From the NCBI GenBank assembly GCA_038087875.1, contig CM075978.1, forward strand, positions 130,882,001 through 130,946,000: DNA of 64,000 nt, given 5' to 3'. Position 1 is the stretch's first letter; every line of letters begins with the position of its first letter. Shown piece after piece: positions 60,473-64,000 of this stretch. Source of the stretch: Malacoraja senta. Its lineage: Eukaryota. The notes beneath the pieces were generated by a model. It saw only the letters and a program-made list of their open reading frames with translations, was not told the origin of the DNA and searched no databases. Made by a program: the position numbers and the translations under genes.

Positions 60473-63004
60473 TATACCAGATATCATAATCATATGTCAC
60501 ATCTAACCAGTCTTTGATTAAACCCCCTGGTATTTCTTAGTCGGTAGGATACATTATAATTCAAAGCTTTTCACTGTACCTCGGTACACGTGATAATAAA
60601 CTAAACTGAACTCATCGTGTTCTCTTTCAGGCCAGAGGGTCGCCATGATGTATCCCCTTATTTCTTTGGACTCTGAAAGAAAAAATAGCTGGACTTGATT
60701 CGGACATGACTCAATGATGATTCACTGATTCAATGTTACTTTATTGTACACACAGGTATCACTACACAGGTCTCAGACATGACAGGGGAGTGGTGTTACA
60801 CAGAAAGGGGCCATATAAGTGTTCCCATAAAGAATACTCATTACATATAAAACAAGTGGAGATTTTACTCCCGACACTCTAGATGGCTATAAAACGGAAG
60901 ACTCTGGGGGGGGGGGGGGGGGGGGAGGGCAAGGATAGTTAACGTGGCACTTATGTGTTAAATGCACACTTATGTACTCTCCGCGGGGAAAACACGAGGG
61001 GAACGAGGTTCGGCTTGTCAGAAAGGAGCTATACACGTGATTGACATAGTTACTTAAACAAAAATGACACCTTAATCAGGCCTGTTCCAGAAAAGGCGAT
61101 TCGTCAATATCGAAGGTTTACGACAGCTACCCATCCACCGCTTGCTTCAAATAGATAATAATCTATAATGCATCCGCGGTGAATGTATTATTCGAGATAA
61201 GTTATTTTATCTTTTTTTTTTGCTGTTGCGGAACAATGCGGATGCAGGCCGATCTGTCACCATGTTCATCGCTGTAATCTTTTTTTTGATTGAAGGTAAT
61301 AAGGGGTATTTAGAGGATGCAAAACTGGACCCGACGACGACATTCAAACGGATGTATGCACAAGCACTCAAGAACAATCGGAGTAATCTCTCTCACACCA
61401 CGTATTATCCCACCACGAGTGCACAGCGAATATTCCCAAATAAATTAGTGTCATTAGAATAAGTAGATAAAAAAATTAAACGAGTTTGTAGTTTGCGAAA
61501 TCACATGTCAATAGACATTAGACAATAGCTAGCACCGCCATTCGAGCAAGCACCGCCATTCAATGTGAAAAAAGACCCGAAGGACAAATACCTGCGATGG
61601 GATGCAAGTTAAAATGAAGTACAGATTAAGTGCATAATCTGTGGCAATTTCGGAGCTACATTAACTGCGGGATTGTGCTCGCCTCGCTCCATTCGCTCTT
61701 TCCTCTGAGATCGGAATAAACGTGTTTGGGTAGCGGATACCGCAAACACAGTTTTGTAAAGATGAATTATCTTCAAAGATTCAAGTATTCTCCAAAAAAA
61801 CACATAAATAGGTTAATACGTGGACCCGAATGCAGATACAGGTATGCCAATATAAGGTTTGCGGGGCAGAACGTCAAATTAAAAGGTTATAACATGTGAG
61901 TGGCGAAAGGTAGCTTAAGCGAAGAGGTTTATAATTTATTTTATAATTTCGTGAAAAAATCGAACGGTGAAGCGTTGCGTCCGATTGGATGTTCAGTGGG
62001 ATCCCGGCAACTGTGTTTAGTAGCGTTTTGAGAGACACTAACCCGTATCTAACATACTTCGATTTCACACAAAGTGATCGGTTCAGTGGGTGGCGGAAAT
62101 GTAAAATTCACCGAGAGTTTACACATCTGGAAGTGCGAACAGGTTCGAAGGGAATGTACATTGCCGTCAGTCTGCCTGCGCTGTAAGTGTTTTATAATCT
62201 ATATTGGACGTTATGCGTCCACCGGACCTCCAGAGTAAGATAAGAGCAGATAACTAAAGCTTTCAACAGTAAATATAGTCACTTGGTTATAAACCCAACC
62301 CATGTCAGTGAATCAACGCCGCGTTAAACTGTAGTCAGTTTCTCAGCTCCGCTGGTGATCCCACAGAGAGTGCACCGTGTGACTGACATTCCCAGCGCTT
62401 CTCCAGGCCATGAAAACCACTGCCCGCCATTACATCACTTTAATTCCTAATTTCTCACATCTTGCTTGGTCTCATTGCCTGGGGGAAGGTTAATAGAGAA
62501 GAGATGGTCTCTGAAAGAGTCAATCCATCGACCTAATTAGGAGAGTGTTTACAATTGGAGATTTATACACAACATACTAATCTACATGTAAACACACACA
62601 TACATGTATAATACTCACATAGGAAACGCACATGGACTTGATGCATACATATACATTTTGAATAGACGCACTCACATATATAACATAGATATGCACGAGT
62701 ACGATTATGTGTCATGTACAAATGTTATAGATAGTTATAGCTATACATAATATAAACAGCGAGCTTAGTTATAAAGCGCATCAAGTACATGAGTTTGCAT
62801 GTACACATATTACTCAGATTTGCATATACGGTTAGATAGGGAATTAGTTCGCAAATCTCCAACAGGGAACGGTTTTAACTGACTTGTAAATAATGCGTCC
62901 AAAAGACACTACGTTGGCGCAAAGTACTTGCTTCGTTTGAAAAGTGGCACTAATGATCATCAAAATAGACACAAGGTCTGAGCTGTGAGGCTCTGGTGGT
63001 ATTG

Positions 63005-63023
63005 TAGCGCCATCGAGTGGCCA
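63005..63023 (-). promoter_or_regulatory. CTCF-like site (reverse orientation)
   Basis: The minus strand reads TGGCCACTCGATGGCGCTA against the consensus TGGCCACYAGRKGGCGCTA, with one mismatch (A>C) at a conserved position. Confidence 0.45.
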
Positions 63024-63565
63024 GGCCAGGCACGAAGTAACTTCATCTCAATGGAGCCACAAGGAACTGCAGATGCTGGAAACTTGAGCAAAAAGCTGGC
63101 GGAACTCAGCAGGCCAAGCAGCATCTGTGGAGGGAATGGACGACGTTATTTGTTCAGTCGGACCTGCTGCAGTTTGCGTCCCTCTAGTAGTTTGCTTGTT
63201 GCCTTCATTTCCATTGTGTCCGTCCTCCTGAATCATTTTCCGACGGCAGTCAGACACGAATAAAAAGAAGGCAAGATTACTTGAGAGGGAATTCTAAGTA
63301 TTTTCATCATATTTCTGAGTATAATAACAACATATAACAATAATTCCAAAGCGCAATGCAGTGGCATCCAAAGTTTGATAAATACTTTTTGGCATGCACA
63401 TAAACAGCAGCTCACATAAACGTGCCCGGGAGTTTGAAGAGAGTCAAGAGACAAGAATGTTTAATTGCAAAAGGATCGAAAGTGGAACATCGGCGATCTT
63501 ATTTGCAGTAGCAGAACAGGCAAGTGAACATAATACGCATTGATAATATATAATGACCAAAAAAA

Positions 63566-64000
63566 ACAGGTGCGGCAGAGGTTCACCTGCACCTCCTCCA
63601 ACCTCACCTATTGCTTCCGCTGCTCTAGATGTCAGCTGCTCTACATCGGTGAGACCAACCGTAGGCTTGGCGATCGCTTCGCCCAACACCTCCTCTCGGT
63701 TCGCAATAACCAACCTGATCTCCAGGTGGCTCAGCACTTCAACTCCCCCTCCCATTCCGAATCCGACCTTTCTGTCCTGGGCCTCCTCCATGGCCAGAGT
63801 GAGGCCCACAGTAAATTGGAGGAGCAGCACCTCATATTTCGCTTGGGCAGTTTACACCCCAGCGGTATGAACATTGACCTCTCCAATTTCAAGTAGTCCC
63901 TGCTTTCTCCGCCTCTTCCTTTCTTCTTCCAGCCCACCCCCCTCACATCAGTCTAAAGAAGGGTCTCATCCAGAAACGTTGCCCATTTCCTTCGCTCCAT
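63566..64000 (+). mobile_element. Penelope-like element 3' part: GIY-YIG endonuclease fragment (to stop at 63896) plus start of the pLTR/3' repeat
   Basis: QVRQRFTCTSSNLTYCFRCSRCQLLYIGETNRRLGDRFAQH...VAQHFN...EEQHLIFRLGSLHPSGMNI* is a typical PLE GIY-YIG with CxxC. It is followed by a pyrimidine tract and a degenerate hammerhead motif, and runs off the window. Confidence 0.9.

Overview
Vertebrate genomic DNA, most likely from a cartilaginous fish such as a skate or ray. This assignment is inferred from the repeat set: CR1, V-SINE/HE1-like SINEs, Rex1/Babar, L2, Tc1 and abundant Penelope-derived fragments. The only host protein-coding gene I can support is the two-exon homeobox gene SIX3 on the + strand (CDS join 36846..37528, 39139..39331; 291 aa). 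It sits in an ~18 kb block (28.5-46.5 kb) that is almost free of transposons, retains CpGs, and contains several enhancer-like sequences. The flanks are transposon-rich. They include a Tc1 element carrying a nested, nearly intact L2 reverse-transcriptase ORF plus a Rex1 tail, a nested-palindrome MITE, and a Penelope GIY-YIG fragment at the right edge. The most notable hidden structure is a family of about 20 short Penelope-derived insertions. Many carry a minimal hammerhead-ribozyme motif (CTGAAGA-stem II-GAAAC-GTC/GTT), arranged singly, in tandem or head-to-head, and six have clear 11-15 bp target-site duplications. Also noted: a cryptic ~5.5 kb degenerate minisatellite, CTCF-like sites on the side where SIX2 is expected, an OTX/SOX/ZIC/FOX-dense enhancer candidate, and fold-back palindromes at LINE 5' junctions. 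Seven N-runs limit what can be seen. Transposon boundaries without a TSD are approximate, and no database searches were run.
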